A stretch of 64,000 nucleotides of DNA, taken from positions 15,089-79,088 of the forward strand of contig JBAWFE010000045.1 in NCBI GenBank assembly GCA_049591595.1. The letters are read 5' to 3'. Origin of the DNA: Candidatus Dormiibacterota bacterium. GTDB taxonomy: Bacteria; Chloroflexota; Dormibacteria; Aeolococcales; Bog-877. Below are positions 63,166 through 64,000 of this stretch, in pieces. Every line of letters starts with the position of its first letter. The first letter of the stretch is position 1. The position numbers and the translations under genes are program-made. The notes beneath the pieces were generated by a model. The model was not told the origin of the DNA. It did no database searches and saw nothing but the letters and a program-made list of their open reading frames with translations.

Positions 63166-64000
63166 GCCCGGCGGCGCCATCGCAATGGGAGGCCGTGATC
63201 GGCCTCGAGGTGCATGCCCAGCTGTTGACCAAGAGCAAGATGTTCTGCGCCTGCCGCGCCGACTACCTTGGTCTGCCGCCCAACAGCAACACCTGCCCTG
63301 TGTGCCTGGGCCTGCCCGGTGCGTTACCGGTGATCAACGAGGAGGGGATCAGGCTTACGCTGCGAACGGCGCTAGCACTGAACTGCCAGATCCCCGAGTT
63401 CACCAAGTTCGACCGCAAGAACTACTTCTACCCGGACCTTCCCAAGGGGTACCAGATCTCCCAATACGATCTCCCCCTCTCCCTCAACGGTTGGTTGGAG
63501 TTCGAGCTGGACGGCCAGACCGTTCGTGGTGGGATCACTCGGGTGCATCTGGAGGAGGACACCGGCACACTCCATCATGCCGGCGAGATCCAGAACTCGG
63601 CCTTCTCACTGGTCGACCTAAATCGGGCTGGGGTTCCACTGATGGAGATCGTCGGCGAGCCGGACCTGCGCTCGCCAGCGGAGGCTCGCGCCTATCTGGT
63701 CGCGCTCCGCCAATTGCTCATCTACATCGGAGTGAACGACGGAAACATGGAGGAGGGGAGCCTGCGCTGCGACGCCAACATCTCACTCCGCCCGGTGGGA
63801 GCCGAGGCCCTCGGGGTCAAGGTCGAGATCAAGAACATGAACTCCTTCCGCAGCGTGCTGCGGGCCCTGGAGTACGAGCTGGTGCGGCAGCGTGAGGTCC
63901 TGGACGGCGGAGGCACGCTGCGCCAGGAGACTCGGGGCTGGAGCGAGCTGGAGCAGCGGACCGTCTCCCAACGAAGCAAGGAGGAGGCGCAGGAGTACCG
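63162..64000 (+). CDS. gatB: Asp/Glu-tRNA amidotransferase subunit B (5' part; continues beyond the window; not in the ORF track)
   Basis: GTGA overlap with gatA. Read-through frame gives [21 protein letters not shown]...CPVCLGLPG...[16 protein letters not shown]... Confidence 0.92.
   Translation, partial: MSPAAPSQWEAVIGLEVHAQLLTKSKMFCACRADYLGLPPNSNTCPVCLGLPGALPVINEEGIRLTLRTALALNCQIPEFTKFDRKNYFYPDLPKGYQISQYDLPLSLNGWLEFELDGQTVRGGITRVHLEEDTGTLHHAGEIQNSAFSLVDLNRAGVPLMEIVGEPDLRSPAEARAYLVALRQLLIYIGVNDGNMEEGSLRCDANISLRPVGAEALGVKVEIKNMNSFRSVLRALEYELVRQREVLDGGGTLRQETRGWSELEQRTVSQRSKEEAQEY

Noticed and set aside
63098-63895. 265-aa plus-strand ORF at the end of the window
   Set aside because: It is out of frame with gatB and Arg/Pro-rich. 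The real gene is gatB in the frame starting at GTG 63162, recognisable by [10 protein letters not shown] and CPVCLGLPG.

Overview
This is a high-GC (roughly two-thirds G+C) bacterial chromosomal segment dominated by the conserved translation/transcription core. It runs from the 3' end of rpoB and rpoC through the complete str, S10, spc and alpha ribosomal-protein operons (rpsL to rplQ, with fusA, tuf, secY, adk, map, infA, rpmJ and rpoA), then truA, rplM and rpsI. It continues with glmS, acpS, alr, the tsaE-tsaB-rimI-tsaD block, groES-groEL (with a perfect CIRCE operator), pcrA, ligA and gatCAB, the last gene running off the window end. Almost everything is on the plus strand, with many 1-4 nt start/stop overlaps (ATGA, GTGA, TTGA) and frequent GTG/TTG starts. 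The synteny alr-tsaE-tsaB-rimI-tsaD-groES-groEL and ligA-(antisense ORF)-gatC-gatA, the variable locus between rpoC and rpsL, S14 type Z and an enlarged beta-prime insertion together suggest an Actinomycetota-like (or related Terrabacteria) genome. I cannot confirm the taxon without a search. The accessory or unusual content worth a second look is: (i) a polyamine/GABA-catabolism island with a PucR-family regulator between rpoC and rpsL; (ii) an ornithine-carbamoyltransferase-fold gene sitting where glmM normally is, immediately upstream of a CdaA-type c-di-AMP cyclase, CdaR and glmS; (iii) an AcpS-NnrD(YjeF_C) fusion; (iv) a ThiE-ThiS fusion whose ThiS ends GG-SDHG and overlaps thiG, inside a thiE/S-thiG-thiL insert between alr and tsaE; (v) a convergent, 85-nt-overlapping pair inserted between tsaD and groES, consisting of a 747-aa signal-peptide plus polytopic membrane protein and a SAM-methyltransferase fused to a Trm112-like zinc ribbon; (vi) a nitrilase-superfamily gene coupled to pcrA; and (vii) r-protein peculiarities (uS3 with an AK-rich tail encoded by 15-bp tandem repeats, uL24 with a Cys4 motif, a divergent IF-1, and an rpmJ missing from the ORF track). 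No rRNA, tRNA, CRISPR or obvious mobile element was seen. The many long antisense ORFs are high-GC artefacts. CDS coordinates include the stop codon.
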